A DNA stretch of 64,000 nt. Source: Podospora anserina (lineage: Eukaryota). The notes beneath the pieces were generated by a model that worked only from the letters and a program-made list of their open reading frames with translations, was not told where the DNA came from and did not search any database. Positions 63,248 through 64,000 of this stretch are shown here, piece by piece. The position numbers and the translations under genes are program-made. Within the stretch, counting starts at the first letter, position 1, and every line of letters begins with the position of its first letter. The stretch spans positions 4,030,001-4,094,000 of the forward strand of contig CM030337.1 in assembly GCA_017654855.1 (NCBI GenBank), written 5' to 3'.

Positions 63248-64000
63248 ATGAGCTCAGTAGGCTCAGATTGGAAACTCACCAACGGCGCAGGCTACATCCT
63301 CGACCGTGACCGCAGCCACGCCGCCGCCTCTCGTCTCAACCTCCAGTTCTACCTCTGGAAAGACAGTCTTGGATTCAACATCCACCCGACCATCTCACAG
63401 TCACTATTTCCTTCCACCAAGAGCAATGAGCTCGTCGGCAGCCAAAGCCCCGTCGCGATCTGCGAGGTAGCCTCGGGGACTGGGATCTGGTTAACCGACG
63501 TTGCTCGCTCCGTCCCGCCGTCCACCATTCTCACCGGTTTGGACTACAACCTCTCGCAGTCCCCTCCGGCAGCATGGCTTCCCCCCAACATGTCCATGCG
63601 CCACTGGAACGTTTTCGACCCCGTGCCCGAGGATTTGGTCGGCAAATACGACTATGTCCATACTCGCCTGCTCGTCTTGGTAGTCGGAGAGTCCAAAGAC
63701 CCGGGTCCAATTATAAGGAACCTCTTCAAGTTGCTCAAACCAGGCGGCTGGCTACAATGGGACGAGTTGGACACGGTGAATATGTCTATCCAAAAGGTCG
63801 ACCCGGCACTCGAGACGCCAGCGTTGGAAGAGCTGAGGAAGTGGTCTTGGGCGGATGGGAGGCTGGACTGGACGGTGAAGCTGCCTGAATTTATGGAGAA
63901 GGAGGGGTTCACAGAGGTGAAGGGGGATCTATTTGGGGATCCGCCCGCGTTGGCGAGGGCGTTCACCGAGCAGCATTTGCTGACGGCGGAGGAGTTTGCG
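63248..64000 (+). CDS. Class I SAM-dependent methyltransferase (LaeA-like/UMTA type), truncated by the window edge; absent from the ORF track
   Basis: Translated by hand: MSSVGSDWK..ASRLNLQFYLWK..ICEVASGTGIW..GKYDYVHTRLL..LLKPGGWLQWDE; no stop before 64000. Confidence 0.88.
   Translation, partial: MSSVGSDWKLTNGAGYILDRDRSHAAASRLNLQFYLWKDSLGFNIHPTISQSLFPSTKSNELVGSQSPVAICEVASGTGIWLTDVARSVPPSTILTGLDYNLSQSPPAAWLPPNMSMRHWNVFDPVPEDLVGKYDYVHTRLLVLVVGESKDPGPIIRNLFKLLKPGGWLQWDELDTVNMSIQKVDPALETPALEELRKWSWADGRLDWTVKLPEFMEKEGFTEVKGDLFGDPPALARAFTEQHLLTAEEFA

Noticed and set aside
1..64000. tRNA, rRNA, CRISPR arrays, intact transposons
   Set aside because: No cloverleaf/T-loop signatures, rRNA motifs, spacer arrays, or transposase/RT ORFs seen by eye; tRNAscan-SE, Infernal and RepeatMasker would be needed to exclude them.

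Overview
Intron-containing DNA of a filamentous ascomycete (Sordariomycete, Podospora-like by gene style; this is inference). 1-19.7 kb is a gene-dense block. It holds a VOC-family dioxygenase, then two paralogous 12-Cys secreted proteins bracketing a methyltransferase / FAD-oxidoreductase / membrane-protein cassette. It continues with a PMU1-like phosphomutase, MDP1, a Sec14/CRAL-TRIO protein, SEC27 and mannitol-1-P dehydrogenase. 19.7-30 kb is gene-poor, with a RIP-like 21-bp repeat relic, a ricin-B lectin and a membrane-anchored metzincin. From about 30/33 kb to the right edge lies a polyketide gene cluster: FAD oxidase, P450, SDR, O-methyltransferase, a reducing PKS with a degenerate ER domain, MFS exporter, second P450, Zn2Cys6 regulator, second SDR and second methyltransferase. 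The cluster is interrupted by a decayed SesA/NB-ARC/TPR NLR pseudogene. The palindrome TCGGCCGA occurs 7 times in cluster promoter regions and I saw it only once elsewhere, which suggests the regulon of the cluster transcription factor. Exon boundaries were read by eye and no database searches were run.
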